IMG/VR virus record: IMGVR_UViG_3300018063_000007
Span: 1-50,846 of that record
DNA: 50,846 bases
DNA from: a virus
Lineage: Duplodnaviria; Caudoviricetes
Strand: one strand, 5' to 3'
Both the position numbers and the translations under genes were made by a program. Below are positions 26,150 to 36,726 of this stretch, piece by piece (the stretch's first letter is position 1; the number at the start of each line of letters is the position of its first letter). Under the pieces are notes generated by a model. It saw only the letters and a list, made by a program, of their open reading frames with translations, did not search any database and was not told where the DNA came from.

Positions 26150-26401
26150 CTACCTCTTTGTAATACTTGACGCAAGCTTCCCCTCGATCTGACCGAGGGA
26201 GCGGTTGATCTCCCCAAGTTGTGCTATCATCTTGTCCTGCCCGTCTGCCATACGCTCGATACGAAGGAGGAGTTCGAGGGAGCGCTGCTCAACCGTGGCG
26301 ATACGGGCCTCGTTTTGAAGGGTGACGCGGCAGGTAGCGCCCCCGAGCGCGAGGGCGACGACGACGGCGGAGTTGATGAGGATTTGAGTCCAGGTGTTCA
26401 T
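26150..26401 (-). CDS. Single-TM coiled-coil protein (lysis-associated candidate)
   Basis: ATGA overlap at 26401; ILINSAVVVALALGG then heptads. Confidence 0.6.
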   Translation of the reverse strand: MNTWTQILINSAVVVALALGGATCRVTLQNEARIATVEQRSLELLLRIERMADGQDKMIAQLGEINRSLGQIEGKLASSITKR

Positions 26402-26826
26402 GGTATGAGTGTGAGCAAGGAACAATCTTCAGCAAGGAGCGTTCCACCCCCTTCGTCGTATTCGGATACTTGAATGCAGACAGCGTGCGAGCCAAGTTGG
26501 GAGCCCTGGTCAGTTACGACGATTGCACCAAAACGCTCTTTCTCTCCGGGGCCGAGCATGAATGTTTGATAAGGAAACGTCGTTCCATTTAACCATATGT
26601 CGGAATCGTTGGGAGCAACATTAGCAGCGACGAAGAAGGTACGTGTGAAGTTACAGCTAGGAGCGTCGTGGTTGATAAGGCGTACTTCAAATGGTACTTG
26701 CTCCCCAATCGCGGCAACCTCGGTGCCAGGAGTGATAGCGAGACCGGGGGTGCGCTCAACGCAGGCACGGGCCTGGGCAGTAGTAGTAAGGACGGCGAGC
26801 ACAAGGATTGTGACGAATGGTTTCAT
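26398..26826 (-). CDS. Secreted Ig-like protein
   Basis: AGGAGG SD; signal MKPFVTILVLAVLTTTAQARA; paralog of the C-terminal domain of 9118..9915. Confidence 0.75.
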   Translation of the reverse strand: MKPFVTILVLAVLTTTAQARACVERTPGLAITPGTEVAAIGEQVPFEVRLINHDAPSCNFTRTFFVAANVAPNDSDIWLNGTTFPYQTFMLGPGEKERFGAIVVTDQGSQLGSHAVCIQVSEYDEGGGTLLAEDCSLLTLIP

Positions 26827-26842
26827 GTGAACCTCCTACTGT

Positions 26843-29275
26843 TCATGGTTTACCCTCCATTGTGACAGTAATGCGGCCCGCAGCTGCTAGCGTTCCGCTC
26901 AGATCATACTTCAGACTCATGCACGCACCCGCAGGGACACTGACAGCAACGTCGGACCAACAGGCAGACTTTGCGGTAACGGTCACGAGGGTTGAGGTTG
27001 TACTGGTGCTGGAGGCATACGCTGCCACGCAGTCCTGCCCTACGGTCGGAGCCGCCGTCGAGTACGAAAGTGTAATCGTTGCTGTGATCCCACTGTCCAT
27101 CGCCGTGTCGAACGCTGTGCAGCCCGAGAGTTTGCCGATTGCGCTCCCGGTGACCCAACTGCTTGCGTTGTCGGTAAGGTCAGGGGTTACCGCCGTACCC
27201 ATGAAGAAGTCGGTAGTGAAATTGCCGCTCTCGCCGTACCACACCATGCCCCCGGCGGTGAAGGGGGAGCCAGTATCTGTGCTGCACGCAAGCCCCATGT
27301 TCTGCCCACCGGAATTTGCTGGGCTGCTTATCGCGTCCATCTGGAGTTGGAAGCATCTCCCGGCGGGGATTGCCGCTGCGGTTTGGGCGAACGTACAGTT
27401 ATTGATCGCGCTGGTTACCGTGCAACTAGCGAGCGTCGAGTAGCTCAGATCTGTGCAGTCTTGGCTGCTCGTAAGGGCCGCCGTAGACCCCAACAGATTG
27501 TAGACCCAGCTTGCTGCCCCACCTGGCACAGCGTCTACAATGAGCATCCCTTTGCATGTTTGGATGCTTGTAGGCGAAATCCAGAAGGTTTGGTCCGTGG
27601 CTGTCGCCGCATTGTGCGGACCAAAGAACCGATCTGCCGTGAGGCCAGTTGGTTGGGCCCCGTTGAACGTCATTTCCCCGTCTGTGGGAGAGGATGTAGT
27701 TATGCAGTCTATAGAGTAGTTAAGGTCCCCAGGAGACATTGGGGTAGTAACTGGAGTAAACCGCAAAGTCATACAGGTATTCGCGGCGGCATTGCCGGTA
27801 AGCGTTGCAGTGCCAGTGAGGTGGCGGTTCGTTAGGGCTATCGACCCGACGTTTGCTACCTCCATTGAGGCGAGGTTCCCAACACAATCTGTTGTTGTCC
27901 CAAACGCCGTATTCTCGTAGAGAAGGTCGACAGTCCAACTACCAGTAGTTGGGGCGCTAAGCAGCGCTATATCTACAACACAGGAGGATAGCGTTTCGGT
28001 TGTGACTACGTACGCAGCTTCCGTAGAGCCGCCTGCGATACAGCCGTCGAGATTATTCCCCTGTCCACAATGAAACGTGGCCGTGCTCCCACTTCCGTAG
28101 TTGCTCGCAAAGTTTGCTCCACCGTCTGGTGTCGAGGTTGCGGTGGGGGTAGGCGTGGTAGTGGGGGTCGCGGTAGCAGTGCGGGTAGCTGTGAGAGTGG
28201 GTGTGGGAGTTGGAGTGCGCGTCGCGGTGGGGGTGGGAGTTTGCGTAGGTGTTGCTGTTAACGTCGGGGTCGGGGTCGGCGTAGTAGTTGGGGTTGCCGT
28301 TGGTGTTGTCGCGCAGAAGATGTCGCCTTCGGCATCTGTAAGGAGAGCGGAGGAGCAGTTAGGCTTTTGTATGAGGCGTACTTGGGGAATAGTGCCGGTA
28401 CCACCGTCTGAATGAAGTAACAAAGCCCCAAGTGGCGTACCACCCGCACCGGACACGCCAACATTAAATTGTATCCTTCCTGGAAGATCAGTGCCGCTTG
28501 GTGCCGCATCAGCAAAAGTCTCAATCGTTATGCCGAGACTTTCAAATAAACCGTTTTTCCCTAAGAACGCGATTGCTCCTAAGCTATCATTAACCGCAAC
28601 TGATGTTGGGCTCGCGCTTGTTCCTCTAGCCCGGAAGAAATGTATTTGCCCGTTTGTAACCCCAAACGCAGACAGTTTATGTATTAAGCTTGTACCCTCC
28701 GACTGGAGCCTAAGTTCAGCATTACCTCCGCTTGTGTCTACGACCCCCAACACATTCGTAGCCTTATTATATGTTAACACCCCCGTATCCGTCCCAAGCA
28801 CCCCTCCATCGTTGAAGATTACGTCCTGGTCGGCGGGTGGGACGCAGATGAGGCACGGGGCGCTGCTCGGCCCTGTCGCCGTGGGGGTAGGCGTTGGCGT
28901 GAGCGTGGGAGTAGGCGACACAGTTACCGTGGGCGTGGGAGTTACCGTGGCCGTGGGAGTCGGGAGCGCAGCGACACACGGCGTGCAGATAAGGTCCCCC
29001 GTCGCCTCAATCCCCACCGCGCACGTCCCTGGGGCGCAGTCGGTAGGGTCGAAACAGAGTTCGTTCGCGCACTGGTGCTGGTGGCAGAGCGGGGCGTCTG
29101 CCGCCCCACCTATGCATAATCCCCACTTGAATATGTTGCCGTCGTCAATAGGGCACTCGCCGAGTTGTGGAGGGTCGTCAGGAGCGAAAATCTCATGGGG
29201 GATGATAGACTCTTGAGCAAACGCCCGCCCAGCGGCAGCGAACAGCAACAAAAGTATCAGTACGAGCTTGGTCAT
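26843..29275 (-). CDS. Fibre-like protein with signal peptide, Pro-Thr linkers and three Cys-rich repeats
   Basis: [20 protein letters not shown]; fibre motifs [21 protein letters not shown] and [26 protein letters not shown]. Confidence 0.75.
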   Translation of the reverse strand: MTKLVLILLLLFAAAGRAFAQESIIPHEIFAPDDPPQLGECPIDDGNIFKWGLCIGGAADAPLCHQHQCANELCFDPTDCAPGTCAVGIEATGDLICTPCVAALPTPTATVTPTPTVTVSPTPTLTPTPTPTATGPSSAPCLICVPPADQDVIFNDGGVLGTDTGVLTYNKATNVLGVVDTSGGNAELRLQSEGTSLIHKLSAFGVTNGQIHFFRARGTSASPTSVAVNDSLGAIAFLGKNGLFESLGITIETFADAAPSGTDLPGRIQFNVGVSGAGGTPLGALLLHSDGGTGTIPQVRLIQKPNCSSALLTDAEGDIFCATTPTATPTTTPTPTPTLTATPTQTPTPTATRTPTPTPTLTATRTATATPTTTPTPTATSTPDGGANFASNYGSGSTATFHCGQGNNLDGCIAGGSTEAAYVVTTETLSSCVVDIALLSAPTTGSWTVDLLYENTAFGTTTDCVGNLASMEVANVGSIALTNRHLTGTATLTGNAAANTCMTLRFTPVTTPMSPGDLNYSIDCITTSSPTDGEMTFNGAQPTGLTADRFFGPHNAATATDQTFWISPTSIQTCKGMLIVDAVPGGAASWVYNLLGSTAALTSSQDCTDLSYSTLASCTVTSAINNCTFAQTAAAIPAGRCFQLQMDAISSPANSGGQNMGLACSTDTGSPFTAGGMVWYGESGNFTTDFFMGTAVTPDLTDNASSWVTGSAIGKLSGCTAFDTAMDSGITATITLSYSTAAPTVGQDCVAAYASSTSTTSTLVTVTAKSACWSDVAVSVPAGACMSLKYDLSGTLAAAGRITVTMEGKP

Positions 29276-32200
29276 GGCGTACTCGTCGGTGATGGAGTCG
29301 GCGTCGCAGTGCGAGTGCGGCTAGGGCATGGGCCACCAAGACACGGCGAAGGCATCGGGCACGTGGGGGTGGGTGTTGCCGTCCTCGTGGCCTGTGGTGT
29401 TGGCGTCGGTGAGGTCGACGGTGTTGGCGAACGGCTGGGCGTAGGAGTCCGTGAGGGCGTTGGGGTACGCGAGGGAGTTGGCGTGCGGGTGCGCGTAGGC
29501 GTGGGCGTGCGTGTGGGGGTTGGGGTAGCGCCGCCAGTGCAAGAAAGTAGCTCAAATGCCTCAGTGTCGGGAGGCGCCGCACCTGCCTCACCTCGCAACG
29601 TCGCGGTGAGTCCTGCGTTGCCTGTTGGGTATGTTACACAAGAAGTAGCCACCCCTGGTTGTGCAGTCACGGTGCCACAACCAGCTTCCCAAATCGCCAC
29701 ACAAGCTGGTTCAACTCCAGTGTCTTCGGGGGACGACGGGGTAGTAATGGCTGGGCCGGTGATGTCAATGAAGTTTACGTCAGTCCCGTTAGCAACTGGG
29801 TTGCTGTTGATGTCAGAGACGATTGCAGAAATAATCATCATGCATTGACCTGCTGTAAGCACAGTGCAGGCAGGCGGTTGGACAAGCACAATCTGATTTG
29901 GTGGCAAAGGAGTTGCTGTGGCCGTTGGGGTGGGTGTCAGCGTAACCACCGGTGTGGGCGTGGCCCCTCCAGCGTCGCACTCTAGCGTCCACGTCTCACC
30001 GCCTGTGCCTATGGCCGTCCCGCTCTCCACTGCTTGTAGCTGTAGGCAGCCCTTAGCCAAAAAGGGGATACTCGCACCAGTGAAGCTGCAATTACGGTCA
30101 TTGTCAGCAATGGTGCAGAGAGTGGCAGTCGAGGTCATTGTGGCATTGATGCAATGCTGGGCAGCGGTGAGCGCAGGGGAGTAATTTGCCCGGATCGCCC
30201 ACGAGTTACCCACGCCAGGCGGATTCACTACGTTCACGACCCCAGAGCACGAACTTGGCCTAACATTGTAGCCGTTAGGCACAATCCAGCGTGTGAGTTG
30301 TGAGTCGATAGTTGTGGCCTCGCGGGCCATTAAGAATGACGAAGTGCGGTTCGTTGTGGACACACCTTGCCAAACAGGCCCCCCGGCGACGTAAGGTGCA
30401 ATGGGATCGCCTGTACAGTCTACACTCCATGACCAACCGCCACCTGTGCTGTCAGGTGGGAGGCAAGAGTGTGGCCCGTCAATGCAGGTGCAGTTAGCGT
30501 TAACAGTGCAAGTACTACCAGCAGAACAGCCATCGTGGCACCGGGAGACTTGCGATAATCGTAACCGCATACAGCTATTCGTGGCTATGTCAAATGATTG
30601 GTCGACTGTAAATGCACAGTGTTCTTCTGCCCCAGAGATAGAACATTTCGTGATTGGCGTGTACGTGAGATCTGTACAGCGTTGAGTGCTTGTGAGCGGG
30701 GCCGTTGAGCCTTCAAGAACTACGTCCCAGTTACCTTTTATTGGGTTTGACGCTGTAGGGGGGCTCGTGAGATACACACCGCCTGCGCAACCTTCAATGT
30801 CAGTTGTAGTAATCCACTGAGAAAGCAATGTTGGTGGGTTGGTACCTGATATATGCCCCATTACGAAATTGGCTTGGCCAGATGTATTACCAGCATTGCC
30901 AGGGTCGTTATACGATGAGAAGCCATCGGCGCGCTCGTCTTCGCAGTAGACTGAGGCGTTGATTGAGCCAGGAGTAGTGGTGTTGCCGACACTGGGCGTT
31001 AGCTTATACTGCAAGCACGAGTCCACTGCCACACCAGGGGCAGCGAACGTGTGGGACCACGAGCAGTTCTTGTTTGGTGGTATGATGATACACGCTACGC
31101 CTGTCGAGAGGTACGTAGCTTCGTCGCAGCTTTCGTTAACCCCTAGAGCAATGTCGCTGTATAGCAACTCAATTGCAAAATTCCCTGTGGGCGACGTTTC
31201 CACGGCGACTGTGCCGCTGCACTTCTTGAGATTCTGTTGGGTCTTCCACCATGGCGCTGGCTCAGAAAGACTACGATCAGCGCTTGCGGCTCGACCAATG
31301 AAGCAAGGCGCGGTTGTAGAAGTGCATTGCAATGTGTTGCTACTACCGTTGCTAAAGAACATCGGCCCACCGTCGATTGGCGTTGGGGCGGCTGTTGGCG
31401 TCGCTGTAGCTGTGGGTGTGGCTGTGCTCGTCGGGGTGGGCGTAGGGCTTTCTGATGGTGTTGGAGTAACTGTTGGTGTAGGTGTGGCAGTCAGCGTAGG
31501 GGTAGCAGTTACAGTCTGCGTTGCAGTCACCGTAGGTGTGACTGTGATGGTTGGCGTCGGCGTGGCCGCAGAAACTTCCTCGCACGTCACTGCCCACGTC
31601 TCCGCGCCCGACCCTTGAACACCAACCTCCGTCACACGTAGGCGCAGGCACCCACCCGCAGGGACGTTGAGCGTAGCGTCCGTGAAGCTACATGAGTTGG
31701 TATTTGTCGTTGCATCGATGGCGCATACAGTCCCCGTACTAGTCCAGTCAGTGCTGAGTATTGGGCAGTCGTCAGCGTTGGCGACAGCGGTGTCTGTGCC
31801 TTCGAGTTCGATAGTCCACCCGTTCGTCCCGCCGCCCCCTGCGGAGGTGTTCATCGCGACGTGGCCAGAGCAGGACGTGAGCCCGGTTGACGTAACCCAC
31901 TGCCCATTCGCGTTACCCGCTCCTGCGATCCGCTCGCCGCTTCCGAGGAAGTGGCTGGTCGTGCCGCTAGAGCCGTCGCCGCCGTAGAACACCGGGGGGC
32001 CACTCTCGAACGTTGCAGCGTTGTCAAGGGAGCATGAGACAACGACGTGGTGGCCGGCTGTGTTGACTGCGGTCAGCACCTCATCGAAGAACACCCGGAA
32101 GCAACTCCCCTTGGGGATGTTGATGGCGGAATCGATGGCCTTGGTGCAGTTGTTGTCGGTGGCGGTGAGGGTGCAGAGGGCAGTCGTAGTTGTGAAGGCC

Positions 32201-32967
32201 AGGTCGACGCAACTCTGCGTCGTAGCGAGCGTGGTATCCGAAATCTGGAGGCCAACGTTCCACGTCCCTGAGCCTCCCGAGGGCGTATCCACCACGATCC
32301 ACGCGCTACACGCGGAGTAGTCCTCCGTGGCAATCCAGTGGTTCGCGTCGGAGCTGCTCGCCACGGCGTTCGACTCAGGGCCGATGAACGTGTCCCCCTG
32401 GATGCCCGTGTCGGTGTCGAAGTTAAAGGTGGTCAGGCCGTCGCTGTTGGCGTCTTCACAGTCGATGGTCTGACCCACGAGGGTGGCCGCTGCGGGAACC
32501 CCTGTTGCGGTGAGCCGGTACTGGAAGCACGTCTTGGCCGCAATCCCGATCCCCCCGTTGATGCTGGTGAGGTCCTTCGTCCAGTCACAAGAGTTGTCGG
32601 TGTCGGAGATGGTACAGAGCGTCCCAGTGGTCTCCATTGAGGCGACGTTCGAGGCGCAGTCGGCAGTGACCCCGAGGGCGGTTTCCTCATATAGCAACTC
32701 GACCGCCCACGACGTTCCCGCGCCTGGAGCGGTCCTGAGCGTCACCATCCCCGTGCATGTCTTGAGCGCTTGGTCCGTTACCCAAAACGTCCCGTCGTTG
32801 GTTTGAGTCGTGCTTGGAGTGGACGCGCCGCCGCCGAAGTAGGTCGCCGTCCCGATGGTATTCCAATACTGGTTAGCGAAATGCGGCCCGCCGTCCTTGA
32901 CTGCCCCCGCAACAGCAGGGAGTAGTAGCAATAGGACTAAGAAGCCAAGTCTAACGACGACGCCCAA
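29272..32967 (-). CDS. Large signal-peptide protein with six Cys-rich repeats, Pro-Thr linkers and an Ig-like domain
   Basis: TTG 32967 after GGAGAGGA gives [22 protein letters not shown]; internal repeats; [22 protein letters not shown]. Confidence 0.75.
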   Translation of the reverse strand: MGVVVRLGFLVLLLLLPAVAGAVKDGGPHFANQYWNTIGTATYFGGGASTPSTTQTNDGTFWVTDQALKTCTGMVTLRTAPGAGTSWAVELLYEETALGVTADCASNVASMETTGTLCTISDTDNSCDWTKDLTSINGGIGIAAKTCFQYRLTATGVPAAATLVGQTIDCEDANSDGLTTFNFDTDTGIQGDTFIGPESNAVASSSDANHWIATEDYSACSAWIVVDTPSGGSGTWNVGLQISDTTLATTQSCVDLAFTTTTALCTLTATDNNCTKAIDSAINIPKGSCFRVFFDEVLTAVNTAGHHVVVSCSLDNAATFESGPPVFYGGDGSSGTTSHFLGSGERIAGAGNANGQWVTSTGLTSCSGHVAMNTSAGGGGTNGWTIELEGTDTAVANADDCPILSTDWTSTGTVCAIDATTNTNSCSFTDATLNVPAGGCLRLRVTEVGVQGSGAETWAVTCEEVSAATPTPTITVTPTVTATQTVTATPTLTATPTPTVTPTPSESPTPTPTSTATPTATATPTAAPTPIDGGPMFFSNGSSNTLQCTSTTAPCFIGRAASADRSLSEPAPWWKTQQNLKKCSGTVAVETSPTGNFAIELLYSDIALGVNESCDEATYLSTGVACIIIPPNKNCSWSHTFAAPGVAVDSCLQYKLTPSVGNTTTPGSINASVYCEDERADGFSSYNDPGNAGNTSGQANFVMGHISGTNPPTLLSQWITTTDIEGCAGGVYLTSPPTASNPIKGNWDVVLEGSTAPLTSTQRCTDLTYTPITKCSISGAEEHCAFTVDQSFDIATNSCMRLRLSQVSRCHDGCSAGSTCTVNANCTCIDGPHSCLPPDSTGGGWSWSVDCTGDPIAPYVAGGPVWQGVSTTNRTSSFLMAREATTIDSQLTRWIVPNGYNVRPSSCSGVVNVVNPPGVGNSWAIRANYSPALTAAQHCINATMTSTATLCTIADNDRNCSFTGASIPFLAKGCLQLQAVESGTAIGTGGETWTLECDAGGATPTPVVTLTPTPTATATPLPPNQIVLVQPPACTVLTAGQCMMIISAIVSDINSNPVANGTDVNFIDITGPAITTPSSPEDTGVEPACVAIWEAGCGTVTAQPGVATSCVTYPTGNAGLTATLRGEAGAAPPDTEAFELLSCTGGATPTPTRTPTPTRTRTPTPSRTPTPSRTPTPSRSPTPSTSPTPTPQATRTATPTPTCPMPSPCLGGPCPSRTRTATPTPSPTSTP

Positions 32968-33856
32968 AAGTTCCTCTCCCTCTAGAGGAAGCGCTGCCAA
33001 ATGCCGGCCCAAATGAGCTTCGAGGGCGTTGTGCTGGGTTCATGCCCTCTGGGCCAGCTAGGCGCTCATCCTCAAAACGAGGAAGGCCGTAGCGTTCGGC
33101 GCCGACAGTGCCAATGCGCTCAGTTTCGGCTCGCGCCCAGTCAAGTGGCTGGCGTGCGTTGAATTGGCGTGCGTCCTCGGCCAACTTGGCCTTTTGTGCC
33201 TCAAGCTGCGCGGCGATCGACGAAGACATTTGTTCGTACTTCGCGGCGTCGATGAGTTGGTTGTTGAAGGCAGAGTCGAGTTGGGCTTGCAACTGTCGCG
33301 ACTCTTGGAGCGCGCCTGCATACGCGAGATTACGTTGGCCCATCTGTTCGTTGAAACCGCCTGCGAGGCTTGCGTAGGCGCCTGTCGCTGCTTGGTAGCC
33401 AGGCAGGGCCTGTTGGCGGATTGCGCTTGCACCTTCGAGGCCGGTAAGCGCAAGGGCTTGCATACGGTTGGTAGCGGCTCGACGGCCAGCACTGCCACCA
33501 CCATAGCCCTGGCGTTGCCGTTGGATGCTGGCAAGCCGGGTGTCCTCGCTTGCCGCAATGGCTGTACGCTCAGAGGCGAGGTTCATCAAGTCCTTGAAGG
33601 CAGCCGAGTTCTGAGGGTGGTTGAACTCGTTGAGGAAGCCGAGTGCTTCCCCACGTACCTCGCCAATACCCTCACGCGACGGGGTGCCAAAATCACCCAA
33701 CGCCGGGCCTTGGACGATGGGCCGCGCAATAGGCGGCTTACCAAGCACACCGCTTGAGCTACTACTAACGCCAAAAGCGCCACCGCTACGACGGCTACCA
33801 ATGATTCTACCACCAAATGGCCGAGAACTGGTTGGGGTAGCATAGTTAATTGGCAT
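32951..33856 (-). CDS. Gly/Ala/Gln-rich putative ejection (DNA pilot) protein
   Basis: Composition, EDARQFN motif, position after the nozzle. Confidence 0.55.
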   Translation of the reverse strand: MPINYATPTSSRPFGGRIIGSRRSGGAFGVSSSSSGVLGKPPIARPIVQGPALGDFGTPSREGIGEVRGEALGFLNEFNHPQNSAAFKDLMNLASERTAIAASEDTRLASIQRQRQGYGGGSAGRRAATNRMQALALTGLEGASAIRQQALPGYQAATGAYASLAGGFNEQMGQRNLAYAGALQESRQLQAQLDSAFNNQLIDAAKYEQMSSSIAAQLEAQKAKLAEDARQFNARQPLDWARAETERIGTVGAERYGLPRFEDERLAGPEGMNPAQRPRSSFGPAFGSASSRGRGTFGRRR

Positions 33857-33868
33857 GATATATCACCT

Positions 33869-34309
33869 TTATCCTACTGTGATGTAAATTGCAAATAGTG
33901 CATCACCCGCTGCTGGGGGATCGCCAACGATTAGGAGGAAGGGATTGTCTCGATTCCAATAGAAGGATTCGGTTGGCGGTGGGTTAGCGTTTGAACGTTC
34001 AAGCCGGATGGCAGTGTTCGACCCGGTACGATGGTGGATGACAGCAATGTTCTCACCTGTTGGGGTGTTCGAGAGTGTGTAGGTGGTGTTGGCACCATCC
34101 ATTACGCCTAATGGTGGATCGTCGATGACGAGCCGTTCGCGGGTGAGCGTGGGCGCCTGGTCGTTGATGAGCGATTTTGTCTTGAGGGCAAGCGAGCGCT
34201 CCGTGTGGCTTTGGCGCTGGCGCTCGGCGTCGATGTCGATACCGTAGGCTTTCGCTTTGTTGTAGATACGCTGGCGTGCATCGCGAATACGTTCGCGGGG
34301 CGTGCTCAT
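33869..34309 (-). CDS. Virion protein with GxxDGxNTTYTL module
   Basis: GVMDGANTTYTLSNTP...PPAAGDALFAIY. Confidence 0.55.
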   Translation of the reverse strand: MSTPRERIRDARQRIYNKAKAYGIDIDAERQRQSHTERSLALKTKSLINDQAPTLTRERLVIDDPPLGVMDGANTTYTLSNTPTGENIAVIHHRTGSNTAIRLERSNANPPPTESFYWNRDNPFLLIVGDPPAAGDALFAIYITVG

Positions 34310-34992
34310 ACTGTACCTACCCTAGATTCACGTATGCGCGGACCGAGGACGTGCCACGAAGCTTGCCAGTGTTCGAGGCGGAAGGGCTCGTTTGCCGCGT
34401 GTTCGACGGTTACGCTGAACGATTGGGCTTTCACGTTTGTTTGAAGCCGCATGTGTTGCCGCCCCACGCGCAGCCCTGCACGACGGTTCGCCAGTTCATT
34501 TTGGTACTCGCCAACGTGAAAGCGGTAGACAGAGGTGGGCGACGTAGGGATGTCGCGGAGGTTGAAAGCGAACTCACGAAGCCGTTTGAGGTAGTCGAGC
34601 CGATAGGCGTCAAAACTACCAGCATCGTCCATCGACGATGGTATGGGGCCGAATTTCGCCATGCGTTGTATAGGGGCAAACGTGTTATAGTCCCATTCGT
34701 CTCTGTGTCGCTCCCAGTCTAGGTAGTACAGGCGGTTGACGACTGCCACGACAATGATGTCGTTACCTTCTTCATCTTCGATCTGAGATACGTGTGTTGC
34801 AGGGATGTCCCAGAGTGTCCATGCACCATAGACATTGCCCAGTTCGTCGTCCTCTGCATCAGGCGACAAATCCATGGAGTAGACGAAGTTAGCCCAACGG
34901 TCGGCAATACACCCAGCGCGCGTGCATTTAATGCGCTTGGGGATGACACCAGTAGGGTCGTCGAAGAAGTCTTGGCAAAGTATTTCAGCCAT
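34306..34992 (-). CDS. Tail nozzle / stabilisation protein, C-terminal piece (putative)
   Basis: NFVYSMD...WTLWD, YLKRLREF, KAQSFSVTVEH..NEPFRL resemble gp10 / tubular B C-termini. Confidence 0.6.
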   Translation of the reverse strand: MAEILCQDFFDDPTGVIPKRIKCTRAGCIADRWANFVYSMDLSPDAEDDELGNVYGAWTLWDIPATHVSQIEDEEGNDIIVVAVVNRLYYLDWERHRDEWDYNTFAPIQRMAKFGPIPSSMDDAGSFDAYRLDYLKRLREFAFNLRDIPTSPTSVYRFHVGEYQNELANRRAGLRVGRQHMRLQTNVKAQSFSVTVEHAANEPFRLEHWQASWHVLGPRIRESRVGTV

Positions 34993-35582
34993 TATGACAC
35001 GTTCACGAAGCTAATGTCGACATCGGGGGCTGGGATAGGCCCTGCAACAGTCACTACGACAAACATGCTGGAGACTATTGTAACGATAAAGGAGTCTGTA
35101 GTTACGTCGCCACCCCTGAAGAACGGGAGAGGAATGCCATCTGGCGCTAGCAGGTCTGTTTGAGGAGTGCCGAACACGCCGACTGTATCGTTTGAGAGAA
35201 CGAAGATGCCTTTCTTGTGGATAGCTCCCGAAAAGAAAAATGCAAATCTGTACTGTGGTCCACAGCAACCTCCTGAGCGGCTCCTAAGCAGAATACTTAC
35301 TATGCTATTCTCAGGCGCGTTTGTGACAGCTACCGTCATCTGGCCATTGATATTGCCAACACTAGAGGTGAGGCTTACGTTAGGGTCGCCATTAAGGAAT
35401 TCTTGGTGTGCTTGGAGCACCTCATGGGACTCAAAACTAAGATTATCGAGGAATGCTTGATAGAACCCAGCATCTTCGAAGGCAAATGCCTTCTTGGTAA
35501 CTGTAAAAGTCACGCCATTATCGTCTGCGGTTGGTGGCACGCGTTTAGGGTTGAACGCTGGTCCTGGTTCACACAGCGGCAT
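34992..35582 (-). CDS. Hypothetical beta-rich protein
   Basis: TAATG junctions at both ends. Confidence 0.65.
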   Translation of the reverse strand: MPLCEPGPAFNPKRVPPTADDNGVTFTVTKKAFAFEDAGFYQAFLDNLSFESHEVLQAHQEFLNGDPNVSLTSSVGNINGQMTVAVTNAPENSIVSILLRSRSGGCCGPQYRFAFFFSGAIHKKGIFVLSNDTVGVFGTPQTDLLAPDGIPLPFFRGGDVTTDSFIVTIVSSMFVVVTVAGPIPAPDVDISFVNVS

Positions 35583-36529
35583 TAGGCTTCAACCTTATCG
35601 GGGTCACAAGCAGGCTCCCCAGTGATTGGGTCAATGTAAGTTTCTTGGGGTTGCTCTGGCAAGCATGGGGGTGACGTGGTGCCTACGCCACAAGGATTGA
35701 TGTCGGCGCCTGGATCATCACATGGTGGGTGGTCACATTCATCGTCGTCGGAGCAATCAAGCTCAACTGTCTCTATAAGTTCGTGCCAGTGCGCAAGTTG
35801 CTCTGGGGTTAGCGTAGCCTCGAACGCGGCGACTGCGGCTTCGTCGCACAGGTCGATAGGAGGCGGGCCAGGAAACTCGACGACAGGCGGTAGGGGATCT
35901 GGCTCAGGGTTAATAGGGTCGGTGAAGCAAGGGACGCCGTTCTCATCTACACCTTCAGGGTGTACGAGGCAGGCGGGCGGGTCGAGGCAGTTGTCGGGGT
36001 CAACCTCACACGGATCTTGGGGGGTCACGTCGGGATTGCACTCACCGAACAGGTGGATGGCGATGAAGCGGTTGACTGGAGTACCAACGGCGCCTGGGTC
36101 CATAGTGATCCAGACAGCGCCTACATCTCGAAGGTCCGTAGTGAGAAACAGGTCGAAGACCTTGCGCTCGCCGCTCCGCACTCCCGTGAACAGGCTGTTA
36201 AGCGCAAAACGCCTGCGCCGCGCCCACTCTAAGGTCGCTGTGCTGCGAGTCCACAGTTCTAGGAATGGGACATCAAGGGCCGCGTAGCTTGGGCGTAGCT
36301 TCACGAGCGCGCCAGAGAAGAATGCTGGGAAGCGTAGGAATGTGAGGAGGGCGCCTTCACGCTCCAATTCGCCGGTTTGCTCGAAGTCCTGGTCCATCAA
36401 GCCAACTTGTGCGGCGGTACCCCACGACGCGGCGGTGGCGGCCGGGTTATCTACATCATAGTCAACAGTTTGCTGAAGGGTGTAGTTGTCTCCTGAATCG
36501 AGGCCGACTCGGCGGATGCGCCTACTCAT
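35582..36529 (-). CDS. Hypothetical protein with Cys/Asp/Pro-rich C-terminal half
   Basis: CNPD..DPCEVDPDNCLDPPAC...CSDDDECDHPPCDDP. Confidence 0.7.
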   Translation of the reverse strand: MSRRIRRVGLDSGDNYTLQQTVDYDVDNPAATAASWGTAAQVGLMDQDFEQTGELEREGALLTFLRFPAFFSGALVKLRPSYAALDVPFLELWTRSTATLEWARRRRFALNSLFTGVRSGERKVFDLFLTTDLRDVGAVWITMDPGAVGTPVNRFIAIHLFGECNPDVTPQDPCEVDPDNCLDPPACLVHPEGVDENGVPCFTDPINPEPDPLPPVVEFPGPPPIDLCDEAAVAAFEATLTPEQLAHWHELIETVELDCSDDDECDHPPCDDPGADINPCGVGTTSPPCLPEQPQETYIDPITGEPACDPDKVEA

Positions 36530-36726
36530 TAAACGTCTCGGAGGCCCCGTTGTGCTCGCTCAGCTGGTGTAAGGTGAAGAAGCTCCTCAGCGTCCTTGCC
36601 TTTGCGAGGCTTACGTTTTAGTAAGTCCTCAATGTCCCGAATAGCATCTAACTCCTGCTGACGTTTCTTACTGGCGCCAAAATCCTCAAAGGCTAACCTT
36701 TGTTTAACTTTAGATTTGTCACTCAT
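36529..36726 (-). CDS. Small charged hypothetical protein
   Basis: MSDKSKV start overlapping the nozzle stop. Confidence 0.55.
   Translation of the reverse strand: MSDKSKVKQRLAFEDFGASKKRQQELDAIRDIEDLLKRKPRKGKDAEELLHLTPAERAQRGLRDV

Noticed and set aside
28101-31618. Plus-strand ORFs rich in VGVGV repeats
   Set aside because: They are antisense readings of the Pro-Thr linkers
26843-32967. Diversity-generating retroelement acting on the repeats
   Set aside because: No reverse transcriptase and no near-identical template/variable repeat pair; the repeats are diverged protein-level copies
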